In this document: piece by piece, positions 16,850 to 26,403 of the stretch
How the letters are laid out: every line of letters starts with the position of its first letter
Position numbering within the stretch: the stretch's first letter is position 1
NCBI GenBank assembly: GCA_003560545.1
Contig: PWLK01000081.1
Coordinates: 1-32,135 of the forward strand
Direction: 5' to 3'
Length of the DNA: 32,135 nt
Source of the DNA: Candidatus Woesearchaeota archaeon
Lineage (GTDB): Archaea > Nanobdellota > Nanobdellia > Woesearchaeales > 21-14-0-10-32-9
The notes under the pieces: generated by a model
The model's input: the letters and a program-made list of their open reading frames with translations, nothing else
Databases searched by the model: none
What the model was told of the DNA's origin: nothing
Program-made: the position numbers and the translations under genes

Positions 16850-17950
16850 TTAATCTACAAATGTAATTCCTAACTCGGATTCTGCTTCTTTCTTCTTATC
16901 CTTGTTATCCTTAGAGAAGCTTCCTCCTATGATCTGGCTTGATTTTACGCCTGTAACAACGATCATTACCTTTATGGAGCCTTCTAAGTCATCCGAGATT
17001 TGCGCTCCCCATATCATCCTTGCGTCTTCATCAAGCTTTTCAGATATTTTCTCTACTACTTTCCTGGCTTCCTCCAAAGTCATATCGTTGCCGCCGGCAA
17101 CGTTTATCAATGCGCCGTTCGCACCTGTAATGTCAACATCTAGTAAAGGGTTGTTTATAGATTTCTCAACTGCTTCTACTGAGCGGTTATCCGAATCAGA
17201 TTCTCCTACCCCGATTAAGGCTACGCCTCCGTCACCCATAACAGTCCTTATATCCGCGAAGTCAAGATTGACCAGGCCTGCCTTGGTAACGAGTTCCGCG
17301 ACGCCCTTTACCGCGTTAGTAAGAATTTCATCTGCGATCTTAAAAGCTGTGTGCAACGGCAAATCCGGGGCGAGCTCTAATAACTTGTCGTTCGGTATGA
17401 CTATGAGCGTGTCAACGTTTTTCTTCAAAGAATCAAGGCCCATTATCGCGTTTTCATACCTGCGCTGGCCTTCCATTCTGAAAGGAATCGTTACTATGCC
17501 CACTGTTAGTGCTCCTGTGCGCTTAGCCATCTCCGCCACAATGGGAGCTGACCCTGTACCTGTGCCTCCGCCTAACCCGCAGGTTATGAAAACCATGTCT
17601 GCTCCTGCGATGGCTTGCTTGATATCATGCTCTGATTCCCTTGCGGCTTCTTCTCCGAGCTTAGGAATGCCTCCTGCTCCGAGGCCTTTCGTGGAATCCC
17701 TCCCGATAAGTATTTTCTTGTCAGCAGACGTGTAAAGAAGGTCTTGTGCGTCCGTGTTTATGCCCACGGTCTCCGCTCCGACAATCCCGATTTCGGTTAT
17801 CCTGTTAATCGTGTTGTTTCCGCCTCCTCCGCAGCCGAAGACTTTTATCTTTGCTTTCTGCTTGCTTAAAAGTTCCTCGAGCTCTGCGTCGAGCACGTTA
17901 TCCTTGCTTTGCACATCAGCTCCTTTTACTTCCTTGATATTATAAGCCAT
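16850..17950 (-). CDS. ftsZ: Cell division protein FtsZ
   Basis: [17 protein letters not shown] tubulin signature, NLDFAD T7 loop. Confidence 0.98.
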   Translation of the reverse strand: MAYNIKEVKGADVQSKDNVLDAELEELLSKQKAKIKVFGCGGGGNNTINRITEIGIVGAETVGINTDAQDLLYTSADKKILIGRDSTKGLGAGGIPKLGEEAARESEHDIKQAIAGADMVFITCGLGGGTGTGSAPIVAEMAKRTGALTVGIVTIPFRMEGQRRYENAIMGLDSLKKNVDTLIVIPNDKLLELAPDLPLHTAFKIADEILTNAVKGVAELVTKAGLVNLDFADIRTVMGDGGVALIGVGESDSDNRSVEAVEKSINNPLLDVDITGANGALINVAGGNDMTLEEARKVVEKISEKLDEDARMIWGAQISDDLEGSIKVMIVVTGVKSSQIIGGSFSKDNKDKKKEAESELGITFVD

Positions 17951-18032
17951 TTGATAAACCCTCCTGTATTGTTTTGAAAGGCGCCAGACCCTCTCCCTTG
18001 TTTCTCCTGATAAACGAGATATTTAAACTTTG

Positions 18033-18749
18033 TTATTCTCCACCTGATTTCTTGTTTTCTTTTGGCTTTTCTTCTTTTGACTTGAACTCGGCTTCTACTC
18101 CTGCCGTTCTTTTTATATCTTCTTTTAGCATGTTCGTGTATTGCTCTGGCACGTTTTGTGAGAGCGTTATCACAGCTTTTTTGTCTTCCACGCCTGCCTT
18201 TTCATAAGGAATGTTTAGAAGTTCGAGGATTGCCTTAACCTGCTCTTCCTTGTCCTCTACTTTCCTTTTAATATTTATGTTGTAAATAACTTCTTTTCCT
18301 GACAACGGGTGGTTGAAATCCACGATTACCCTGCCACCGCTTACATTCCTCACGGTTCCGATCTGGTTGTCTATATTTAGCTGAAGCCCGGGTTGTGGCT
18401 GGATGTTTTGCTTCTTAAACACAGCCATGGGTATGAGCTTTAGCTGCTTAGGGTTTTTCTTTCCGTAAGCCTCTTCAACTGATAGTTTTACCTCGTGCTT
18501 TCCAGGGCTTAAGCCTTCAAGTTTCTTGTCCAGACCTGGCAAAACGTGCTTTTCTCCTACACAGATTTTGATTGGATTGTACTCGTTTTCGTGATGGTGG
18601 TGTTCGTCTCCGTGTTCGTGGTCGTGTGTCAAGCCTGCTTTTTCAGCTTCTTCTTTTATAGTCGTATCGTAGACTTGGCCATCATCAGCTGTTCTTGCTG
18701 TGTACTCGAGCTCTACGAAGTCTCCTTTTTTTACCGTCATTTCTTTCAA
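18033..18749 (-). CDS. FKBP-type peptidyl-prolyl isomerase (archaeal long/SlyD-like type)
   Basis: GDFVELEY, YDTT, EAYG, VDFNHPLSGK; internal His-rich insert. Confidence 0.92.
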   Translation of the reverse strand: MKEMTVKKGDFVELEYTARTADDGQVYDTTIKEEAEKAGLTHDHEHGDEHHHHENEYNPIKICVGEKHVLPGLDKKLEGLSPGKHEVKLSVEEAYGKKNPKQLKLIPMAVFKKQNIQPQPGLQLNIDNQIGTVRNVSGGRVIVDFNHPLSGKEVIYNINIKRKVEDKEEQVKAILELLNIPYEKAGVEDKKAVITLSQNVPEQYTNMLKEDIKRTAGVEAEFKSKEEKPKENKKSGGE

Positions 18750-18970
18750 CTCTTCGTCGTTCCCCTTAAAGGCTTCCGAACTGGCCTGAAAACCTTTTTT
18801 TTGAGAACTTGCAGGGTTTTAATGCGTTGTCGGACTCGAGGGAGTTTTATAAATGTTTCGGATTAGTAGTTGGACAAGAAGATGTGTTCTTCAAAAATAG
18901 TTTTTAGAAATATTTATAAACCTGAAAATTTCGGAAGTAGTAATTGTTTTCACTTTGCAGGGGTGCAAAA

Positions 18971-19228
18971 ATGGGCTTGAGAGATTATTTAAATAAAAAA
19001 ATACAAAATTTTTACGAGTTAGGAGAAAAGGTTGAACAGCTTCAAGATGTTGCAATGTATTCTGGAGAAACTCTGCCTGCAACAGCAAAAGAATTTAACA
19101 ACATTTTTGATAAACTAGACCAAGAATATCCTAACAAGACAATTACTTGGAAAGCAATGAAAGCAATAGAGTTGGTTGAAGATAAATACATATCCGAAAT
19201 ATTGGTTAAATACGAGAAACCACAATAG
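18971..19228 (+). CDS. Hypothetical protein (AT-rich)
   Basis: ATG 18971 follows a GGGGGTG RBS, with TTTATAAA upstream. No recognisable motif. Confidence 0.55.
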   Translation: MGLRDYLNKKIQNFYELGEKVEQLQDVAMYSGETLPATAKEFNNIFDKLDQEYPNKTITWKAMKAIELVEDKYISEILVKYEKPQ

Positions 19229-19316
19229 TTTCCGGTTTCTCCCGTTGTTTTTCCGGTTTCATCTCAGTAAGTATTTTTAATTAGTTTTCTTCTTTTTTAT
19301 TAGGAGGTTGATAATT

Positions 19317-19748
19317 ATGAGTATAGATTCATATTTGAAATCAAGGGCAGAAGAACTAAGAGGTCTTGCGCTGTCAAAGGACGGTACAGATATGTATTTG
19401 GTTATAGATAGCCTAGCAAGAGTATACAAATCCAGAAACGAAAACAGCAAAGATAACATGGTTTTGGCGGATTCATCAAAGAATTTCTACGGCGCCATAA
19501 GATTCATCGAGGAATACTTGCTTGACAATAATAAGGATAACGACTATTTAGAGTCTCGTATCAATCTTTTAGAGGAACTTCCCGGAATCGGAAAAGGCAA
19601 TAGTTTCGGCTTCCTAATATTTTACAATTTACTATCGGGAAATATTAAGAAGAAAGATGACAAAAAAGACGAATACGCATGTGTAAACGATATTGAAAAC
19701 ATAGTAATAAATGAAGAAATAAGGAAAATGACAGGTAAACCGGCTTAA
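19317..19748 (+). CDS. Hypothetical protein (AT-rich) with an HhH-like LPGIG motif
   Basis: GGAGG RBS before ATG 19317; 143 codons. Confidence 0.6.
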   Translation: MSIDSYLKSRAEELRGLALSKDGTDMYLVIDSLARVYKSRNENSKDNMVLADSSKNFYGAIRFIEEYLLDNNKDNDYLESRINLLEELPGIGKGNSFGFLIFYNLLSGNIKKKDDKKDEYACVNDIENIVINEEIRKMTGKPA

Positions 19749-19781
19749 AATTGTTTTTAATGGTAAAATTATTTATATTAT

Positions 19782-20762
19782 GTGCGGTTCTCCTTTGACA
19801 TGGATGAAGACAACAGCCAGATAGAGTACGTTAAGAAAGAGCTCAAGCCGTTGTTCGTGGAGCACTATAAGGAATTATTAGGAGGTGAATACGAGGATTT
19901 CATAAAGGCTTCTTCTGAGTACCAAAGGAAAGCTGTGAGGATTAACACGTTGAAGAAAAGCGTTGCTGAAATAAAGAAGCGCTTAGAGGATAAATGGGTT
20001 CTCGAAGGAGTTCCGTGGTGCGCTGAGGGTTTCTGGATGAAGTACAGGGATGGGAAAAGGTTTGATATAGGTAATACGCCGGAGCACCAATTAGGCTACA
20101 TCTACGTGCAGGATGCTGCTTCAATGATACCTGTAAAGGTTCTTAACCCGTTGCCAGGAGAACTGGTCCTGGATATGTGCGCTGCCCCTGGGAGCAAGAC
20201 AAGCCAGATAGCACAGGAAATGAGGAATGAAGGATTGCTTGTTGCTAATGACGCGGACGGGAAAAGGCTTGGAGCCCTGGGGATAAACCTGCAAAGGCTC
20301 GGCGTTCATAACACAGTCATAACAAAGATGGAAGGCTTCCACGTGAAGAAACAAGGCGAAGGCTTTGACAAAATACTTGTTGACGCCCCATGCACTGGGA
20401 CGGGGACTATAATGAAAACGTATAAAGTCATCGGGATGTGGAGTTACTCGCTGATCGAAAGGATGAAAAGAATACAACTAAAGCTAGCAAGCCACGCATT
20501 CACATTACTGAAGCCCGGAGGGGTAATGGTGTACAGCACATGCACCTTAGAACCCGAGGAAAACGAAGGCGTAATAACAAAGCTCTTAGAAAGAAATCCT
20601 GGTGCTGAACTGCTAGACATAGATTTCAAAGGGAAAAAGAACAAGCCAGTACTCGAGTTTAAAGGAAACAAGTACAACCCAAATGTAAATAAATGCCTGC
20701 GGATAAACCCTCATGACAACGGCACAGAAGGCTTCTTCGTAGCCAAAATAAGGAAAAAATAA
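19782..20762 (+). CDS. RsmB/NOP2 family RNA m5C methyltransferase
   Basis: RINTLK, YVQDAASM, DMCAAPGSKT, DAPCTG, YSTCT (both catalytic Cys), GFFVA. Confidence 0.95.
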   Translation: MRFSFDMDEDNSQIEYVKKELKPLFVEHYKELLGGEYEDFIKASSEYQRKAVRINTLKKSVAEIKKRLEDKWVLEGVPWCAEGFWMKYRDGKRFDIGNTPEHQLGYIYVQDAASMIPVKVLNPLPGELVLDMCAAPGSKTSQIAQEMRNEGLLVANDADGKRLGALGINLQRLGVHNTVITKMEGFHVKKQGEGFDKILVDAPCTGTGTIMKTYKVIGMWSYSLIERMKRIQLKLASHAFTLLKPGGVMVYSTCTLEPEENEGVITKLLERNPGAELLDIDFKGKKNKPVLEFKGNKYNPNVNKCLRINPHDNGTEGFFVAKIRKK

Positions 20763-20790
20763 AAAAACCCAAATAAATTATTAGAAGAAA

Positions 20791-21426
20791 ATGGCTTTAG
20801 AAAAAGTCTTAATAGGAATGATTTCAATAGCATACATGTACGTAACAAGCATGTTCTTCTTATCACAACTAATCATACCCAACCTAGGATTCAGGAAAAA
20901 AATAAAAGAAGAACTACCAAAGGATGCAAAGAAAAAACTCTTAGAAATAAAAAACTCTTCTAAGAATAAGAAAGAAGCCCTAAAAAAAGTTATCGACTAC
21001 CAACTAACCAATTTTTACTCGGAGATGAGACAAGTCTTCCCCAGATTCAAATTCTTATTCGAATCAAACTTCAACAAACTATGGTCAAAAAAAGGATTCC
21101 TGCACTGCCACCAACAAAACTTTGTCCTAAGAAGACTGTTAATAGGCACAGGAATGTTCACAGAGAAAGACATACACCTAAAACACACGTTCTGCTACCT
21201 AAACATACACCAATACCTAAAAATCAATATTGGCAGGAACAAAAAAGAATGGATGAACGCAGACCCCTTCGCAATAAGCCTAGGATACAACTTAGGAGAA
21301 ATACTACCCAATTTCGCATACCCAAGCATGAAAAAGCGCGGTATAAACCCGTTACGAGACCCCATAAAAAGCAAGAAAATACTCGAAAGAACCACTATAC
21401 TCTCGCTGTTTCTAAAAAATAAATAA
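20791..21426 (+). CDS. Membrane-anchored transglutaminase-like (Cys-His-Asp) protein
   Basis: N-terminal hydrophobic segment; GFLHCHQQN, HQYLKI and WMNADP occur in transglutaminase-like triad order. Confidence 0.55.
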   Translation: MALEKVLIGMISIAYMYVTSMFFLSQLIIPNLGFRKKIKEELPKDAKKKLLEIKNSSKNKKEALKKVIDYQLTNFYSEMRQVFPRFKFLFESNFNKLWSKKGFLHCHQQNFVLRRLLIGTGMFTEKDIHLKHTFCYLNIHQYLKINIGRNKKEWMNADPFAISLGYNLGEILPNFAYPSMKKRGINPLRDPIKSKKILERTTILSLFLKNK

Positions 21427-21441
21427 AACAATAGAAAGAAT

Positions 21442-21891
21442 TTACTTCCTGGCTTTTTCGATTTTGCCTCGGAGTAAGGCGTTTAGGGATTGGTCGTTTA
21501 CTTTTATGACTTGCCAGCGCACACCGGGGATGTCCCCTTTGCTTCTGCCCATGCTGCCTCCCAGGCATTCAATGACGACTTCGTCGTGTTCGTCAACCAT
21601 TTTCTGGGCTCCGTCGCCTGGAAGAAAAGCGGTTACTTGCTTACCATTCTTAACTAGTTGGACGCGGACGCATTTCCTCATAGCGCTGTTAGGCTGCTTT
21701 GCTTCACGCTGTACTTTTTCGAGGACGATTCCTGAGGCCTGGCTTGAGCCTTCAAGAGGATCTGATTTTAAGGCTAGCTTTAAGACTTTCTTAGCGTACC
21801 ACTTATCTTTCTTCCTGGAAGTGCTTCTTCTTTTCTCCAGTTTTTTCCCGGCGTTTAAGCCAGATGATTTTTTACCCATATTCTTTTTCAC
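21442..21891 (-). CDS. rps12: 30S ribosomal protein S12 (uS12)
   Basis: [22 protein letters not shown]. Likely start is ATG 21879. Confidence 0.98.
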   Translation of the reverse strand: MKKNMGKKSSGLNAGKKLEKRRSTSRKKDKWYAKKVLKLALKSDPLEGSSQASGIVLEKVQREAKQPNSAMRKCVRVQLVKNGKQVTAFLPGDGAQKMVDEHDEVVIECLGGSMGRSKGDIPGVRWQVIKVNDQSLNALLRGKIEKARK

Positions 21892-21895
21892 CGTT

Positions 21896-22330
21896 TCATA
21901 CGACTTTGATTTCTTTTAACGCGAAGTACTTCCTCACGATTTCCTCGTAATTACGAAGGTTTTGTGCGCGGGCACCAATCATGAGGCCTTTGGTTTTCAT
22001 GTCAGGGCCTTTGATTGTGACTATGCCTTCGTCTTCGCTCATATCCAGTATTTTTAAGGGGAACATCAAGTTCCTTATAAATGTTAGCTTGTCAGGACTA
22101 AATTCGACTATTTTAATCTTTCTGTTCAGGGCTTTTTCAACTCGTTCTATATTTGACTTTTGCTTGCCCAACGCACGCCCCATCTCACCTGGCTGTACCA
22201 CGAAGACTATTTTATCCCTGTTGAAAAAGCAGTCTTTCAAGGACGCCCCAGTAATTTTTTCGAACAAGGACATCAGGTTCAGGAGTTCGGCGTCGTATTT
22301 TATCTTCATTTGCAATAAACCCAGAAACAC
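21896..22330 (-). CDS. nusA: Archaeal NusA (KH-domain) protein
   Basis: [26 protein letters not shown]. Likely start is 22309. Confidence 0.93.
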   Translation of the reverse strand: MFLGLLQMKIKYDAELLNLMSLFEKITGASLKDCFFNRDKIVFVVQPGEMGRALGKQKSNIERVEKALNRKIKIVEFSPDKLTFIRNLMFPLKILDMSEDEGIVTIKGPDMKTKGLMIGARAQNLRNYEEIVRKYFALKEIKVV

Positions 22331-22588
22331 TTATTTTTTCACTCCGATAACAGATACGAGGAATGGCTTTCCACAGATAGTTCCAAGCTCTTCGTTGTTA
22401 ACCTCTAACAGGTTAACTTCTACTCCTCCGACTTTCTTGTAGTACTCTAAGTCCTTTTTTGCTTCAGGCTCAGCGTTTCTGGAAACAAAAACTTTTCCTA
22501 CCTCGCCTTTTCTCAGAAGCTTTAAAGTCCTTTCAGTTCCTATAACGATTTTGTCTGTGTTTAAGAGTTTTCTTATTTCATCAATCAC
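22331..22588 (-). CDS. rpl30e: 50S ribosomal protein L30e
   Basis: IVIGTERTLK, ELGTICGKPF; position after rpoA''. Confidence 0.92.
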   Translation of the reverse strand: MIDEIRKLLNTDKIVIGTERTLKLLRKGEVGKVFVSRNAEPEAKKDLEYYKKVGGVEVNLLEVNNEELGTICGKPFLVSVIGVKK

Positions 22589-22613
22589 GGTGTTTCACCT
22601 TCAAAAAATTTTT

Positions 22614-23762
22614 TTATTTTGGCTTCGTCCTCACTATCAGCCCTGGAAGGCCTGTCCCTATAGGGACTGGCTGGTTCAGCATTACGTTCTCTATAACGCT
22701 GTTCAAAGGATCGGATTCTCCTGTCAGGCCTGCGTTAATAACATGCCTTATCGGTGTTTCGAAGGAAGCCCTTGCGAGAACGGAAGGCTTTTCCTTGACA
22801 ATACCGTACCTGTTAATACCCATGATTTTCCCGGACATGCACATCGCGTCTGCAACGATCATGATATGCCTTATATCCACGTTCAATCCCTGTTCCTCTA
22901 TTACTTTCATTAACTCGTTAATAATAAGCTGCCTCGCTGCTTCTATCCCGAATTCTTTTTCTATTTCGTGGATGTTGTTAGTGTAAGTCCTTTTCCCATC
23001 TACGAAGTCCTGCTTGAGAACTTCCTTTAAGTTAGACCCCGCGGTTACAATCATGTACTCGTTGTCTTTCTTCACAGGAAGGACTTGTGTTATTCCTTTT
23101 ACGCCGTGAATGAAAACGTTCTTAAGCTTCTCCTTTAACTTATATAGCTGGATTATATCTTTGTCCTTACCTGATTGAGTCACAGTTATAGAATCATCTT
23201 TTTCAAGTTTGAAAGAAAACCCTTTAACGTTCTTCTTCAACGAATCAGTTATAGTTGAATGGCTTATTTTCAGCAATTCTATCTTGTTCTTATCCAAAAC
23301 AACTTTGAGGTTCGCCTCGGATATGTTAACAACAACTTCTTTTAAGAAATCGTTCATGGTCAGCTCTTTGAGGGATTCTGCCACTCGCTTAATATCTTTG
23401 CCTTCATTGTAAGGCTTTACCAAGAAAATATTCATCATCTCAGTGGAAATAGTCTTCCTCCCGTCAAGGACTTCTATAAGCCTTGGAAGTCCTGTTGTGA
23501 CGTTCATCTCCGCAACCCCTGCGAAGTGGAACGTGTTCAGCGTCATCTGCGTACCTGGCTCGCCAATGCTTTCCGCGCTTACAATACCCACGCATTCACC
23601 AGGCACGGCTTGTGATGAATCGTACTCATCTTCTATTGCCTGCATAATTTTCTTCAGCTTATCCTTGCTAATATTCCCGGACAAGTGCTCCTCTACTTCT
23701 TTTAGTATAGAACTTGGAAGCCTGTCCTCGTATTCCTTTAATGCTTGCTTAACATCAACCAT
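22614..23762 (-). CDS. rpoA2: RNA polymerase subunit A'' (Rpo1C)
   Basis: [18 protein letters not shown] trigger loop, ARASFE, IGTG. Likely start is ATG 23762; the track start at 23810 overlaps rpoA'. Confidence 0.97.
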   Translation of the reverse strand: MVDVKQALKEYEDRLPSSILKEVEEHLSGNISKDKLKKIMQAIEDEYDSSQAVPGECVGIVSAESIGEPGTQMTLNTFHFAGVAEMNVTTGLPRLIEVLDGRKTISTEMMNIFLVKPYNEGKDIKRVAESLKELTMNDFLKEVVVNISEANLKVVLDKNKIELLKISHSTITDSLKKNVKGFSFKLEKDDSITVTQSGKDKDIIQLYKLKEKLKNVFIHGVKGITQVLPVKKDNEYMIVTAGSNLKEVLKQDFVDGKRTYTNNIHEIEKEFGIEAARQLIINELMKVIEEQGLNVDIRHIMIVADAMCMSGKIMGINRYGIVKEKPSVLARASFETPIRHVINAGLTGESDPLNSVIENVMLNQPVPIGTGLPGLIVRTKPK

Positions 23763-23790
23763 TTTTTTTCTTACCCCAAAAAACTTTTTT

Positions 23791-26400
23791 TTAATCGTTG
23801 AAAGAGTCAATTATACCCTTAATATTAATCTTTCCTGCTTCTGTCTTTGAAACATCCAAGCCATCCTCACCGTAAGTGAACTGAACGATTTTCTTGGAGG
23901 CATCCCTGACCGTGAAATCATATTCAAGCTTTAAATCCTGCATTGCGTTTGCAAGCCGCCTGTAAAGATAGCCGGACTTAGGAGTCCTAAGAGCTGTATC
24001 CATCAAGCTATCCCTTCCGGTCATCGCCATGAAGAACATCTCGTAAGGCTTTAATCCTTTCTTAAACCCGTTCTTGATAAAGCCTCTTGGAACCGCCCCT
24101 AAATCATCCTTTTTAAAACATGATAAAGACCTGCCCTTGTAACCCTTACCAATCCTTCCTCCTCGAAGTGCTTGCTGTCCTACACATGCAGACATCTGGG
24201 CAATGTTAATCGTGTTACCCTTAGCCCCTGACCGAACCATGATCATCGTGTTGCTGTCCTGCGGGGCTGTTAGTTCCACTATTTTACCGGACTCATTCCT
24301 AGCCCTGTTAAGCCTTTCAAGAATTCTTAACTCAAGAGTTTCCTCAATACTCCTCCCCGGAAGCCTTTCCAAGGTACCCTCATTATAGTCTTTTATAATC
24401 TTCTTAACATCCTCATCTGCTTTTTCAAGAGCTTCCCTAACCTGGCCCTCAGCGTCCTTGCTCAAGTCTATATCTGAAAGCTTAGACGTAAAACCGAACT
24501 TAAGAAGAGCTTCTGCTCCCAAACCATTAATCTTCCTCAAAAATATTATTATCTCATCCGCTCCGTACTTCTTATGAAGGTTTCTCAGCAACAACCCTGA
24601 GCCTTCCCCGAGGTTCGCGGAATCCATAACGCCTGATACGAGTTTCCCGTTAACAATCTTTACAACAGCATCAGGATCCTCAGGGTCCTTGTTGTAAATC
24701 CTTGACCTGCCCGTGAAGTTAAAGTCATCAGGTAGAATCACAGAGAAAACCTCTTTCCCGGAGACATACTTCTTATTCGGAAGCTTCCTGAAATCCTCTA
24801 TACCTGCAGAAGACAATAAGTCAATGGCTTCATCCCTCTTAAGCTTAAAGCCTTCTTTTGTAAGAATAAAATTCCCGGAAATACTATCCTGAATACAAGC
24901 AATAATGCTTAAGCCATACCTAGGACTTATAATCTGGGTTTGAACCTGCATCAATATCTCTGCTTCAGCCCTTGCCTCCTCGGTCTGAGGGATGTGAAGG
25001 TTCATCTCGTCCCCGTCAAAGTCCGCGTTATAAGGAGCGCAAACCGCGGGGTTAAGCCTAAGAGTCATGCCGGGAAGGACTTTCACGCGGTGACACATCA
25101 TGCTCATCCTGTGAAGGCTTGGCTGCCTGTTAAACAAAGCTATATCTCCATCCATTAAATGCCTTTCAACTATGAAGCCAGGCTGGATTTCTTCAAGCAA
25201 CTGCTCCTTGGTTTCATTAGTAATCCTCTTCCTCTTACCATCAGGCCTAATAATATAATTAGAACCAGGGTACTGGTCGGCGCCTCTTTCAAGGAATCCT
25301 TTCAGGTACTCCATGTTCCACTCCGTAACCCTTTCAGGAACGGTAAGCTTCTTCGCAATCACTTCAGGAACGCCTACCTCGTTAATATCAATCTTGGGAT
25401 CAGGGCTTATAACAGTCCTAGCAGAAAAATTAGTTCTCTTACCCGCAAGGTTACCTCTAATCCTTCCTTCTTTGTTCTTAATCCTCGCAGTCAAGGTATT
25501 CAAAGGCTGCCCACTCCTATGCCTCGCAGGAGGGAGTTGGGCGACGTCGTTATCAAAGAAAGTCGTAACGTGATACTGCAATAAATCCCAGAGGTCTTCA
25601 ATGATAATTTCAGGGGCGCCAGCGTTAATGTTCTCGAAAAGCCTTTGGTTAATCCTGACAATGTCACCGAGCTTATGGGTTAAATCATCCTCGCTTCTCT
25701 CACCGCTCTCCAAAGTAATACTAGGCCTCATCGTAACAGGCGGAATCGGGAGGACTGTTAATACCATCCACTCAGGCCTGGCATTCTTAGGGTTCAAACC
25801 AAAGACAACCAAGTCGTCATCAGGAATCCTTTCAAGCCTAGCCCTAACCTCTATTGGTGAAAGCCTTTTCTCATCTTCAATGAAAGAAGTTGGCTTGTCC
25901 AAAGTTATCTTATGCTGCTTTTCCTTGCAGTAAGGGCACTTATTAATAGTTCTCAGATTGGCAATGATAAGCTTTATCTTATCCCTTCTCTCACTCAGCC
26001 CTTGCTCTAACCCTACTTTTTCAAGCAAGTCACTGTACTCATCGATCTTGTTCTGCGGGATGAGAATCCTGCCACAACTCCTGCAAGTACTCCTAACCAA
26101 GTCCAACACCACGTCCACGAAACTTATATGGATAACAGGCCTTGCAAGTTCCATGTATCCGAAGTGGCCGAGGCTGTCCCTAAGTTTCTGGCCATCAGTC
26201 TTGCACCTAAGGCCTGGGTCTATAACGCCTAGGCGGACATCCATTAACCCTCCGTCAACAGGGTATCCTTCCTTGTCGTAAAGCTCAGGGGTAACAATCT
26301 TAGCCTTAGCAATGCTCTTTAACAGCTTAGGAGACATTACCCCGAAGTCTATAGCTTCTATGAATTTGTATATTGCTCTTTGATTATCCATAACGACCAC
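23791..26400 (-). CDS. rpoA1: RNA polymerase subunit A' (Rpo1N)
   Basis: [10 protein letters not shown] catalytic motif, [16 protein letters not shown]. Confidence 0.98.
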   Translation of the reverse strand: MVVMDNQRAIYKFIEAIDFGVMSPKLLKSIAKAKIVTPELYDKEGYPVDGGLMDVRLGVIDPGLRCKTDGQKLRDSLGHFGYMELARPVIHISFVDVVLDLVRSTCRSCGRILIPQNKIDEYSDLLEKVGLEQGLSERRDKIKLIIANLRTINKCPYCKEKQHKITLDKPTSFIEDEKRLSPIEVRARLERIPDDDLVVFGLNPKNARPEWMVLTVLPIPPVTMRPSITLESGERSEDDLTHKLGDIVRINQRLFENINAGAPEIIIEDLWDLLQYHVTTFFDNDVAQLPPARHRSGQPLNTLTARIKNKEGRIRGNLAGKRTNFSARTVISPDPKIDINEVGVPEVIAKKLTVPERVTEWNMEYLKGFLERGADQYPGSNYIIRPDGKRKRITNETKEQLLEEIQPGFIVERHLMDGDIALFNRQPSLHRMSMMCHRVKVLPGMTLRLNPAVCAPYNADFDGDEMNLHIPQTEEARAEAEILMQVQTQIISPRYGLSIIACIQDSISGNFILTKEGFKLKRDEAIDLLSSAGIEDFRKLPNKKYVSGKEVFSVILPDDFNFTGRSRIYNKDPEDPDAVVKIVNGKLVSGVMDSANLGEGSGLLLRNLHKKYGADEIIIFLRKINGLGAEALLKFGFTSKLSDIDLSKDAEGQVREALEKADEDVKKIIKDYNEGTLERLPGRSIEETLELRILERLNRARNESGKIVELTAPQDSNTMIMVRSGAKGNTINIAQMSACVGQQALRGGRIGKGYKGRSLSCFKKDDLGAVPRGFIKNGFKKGLKPYEMFFMAMTGRDSLMDTALRTPKSGYLYRRLANAMQDLKLEYDFTVRDASKKIVQFTYGEDGLDVSKTEAGKINIKGIIDSFND

Positions 26401-26403
26401 CTT

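Noticed and set aside
16902..17735. 277-aa ORF antisense to ftsZ, and many similar shadow ORFs opposite the rpo, rpl11, rps12 and AAA+ genes
   Set aside because: They lie entirely opposite well-supported genes and show no motifs; these are typical antisense shadows.
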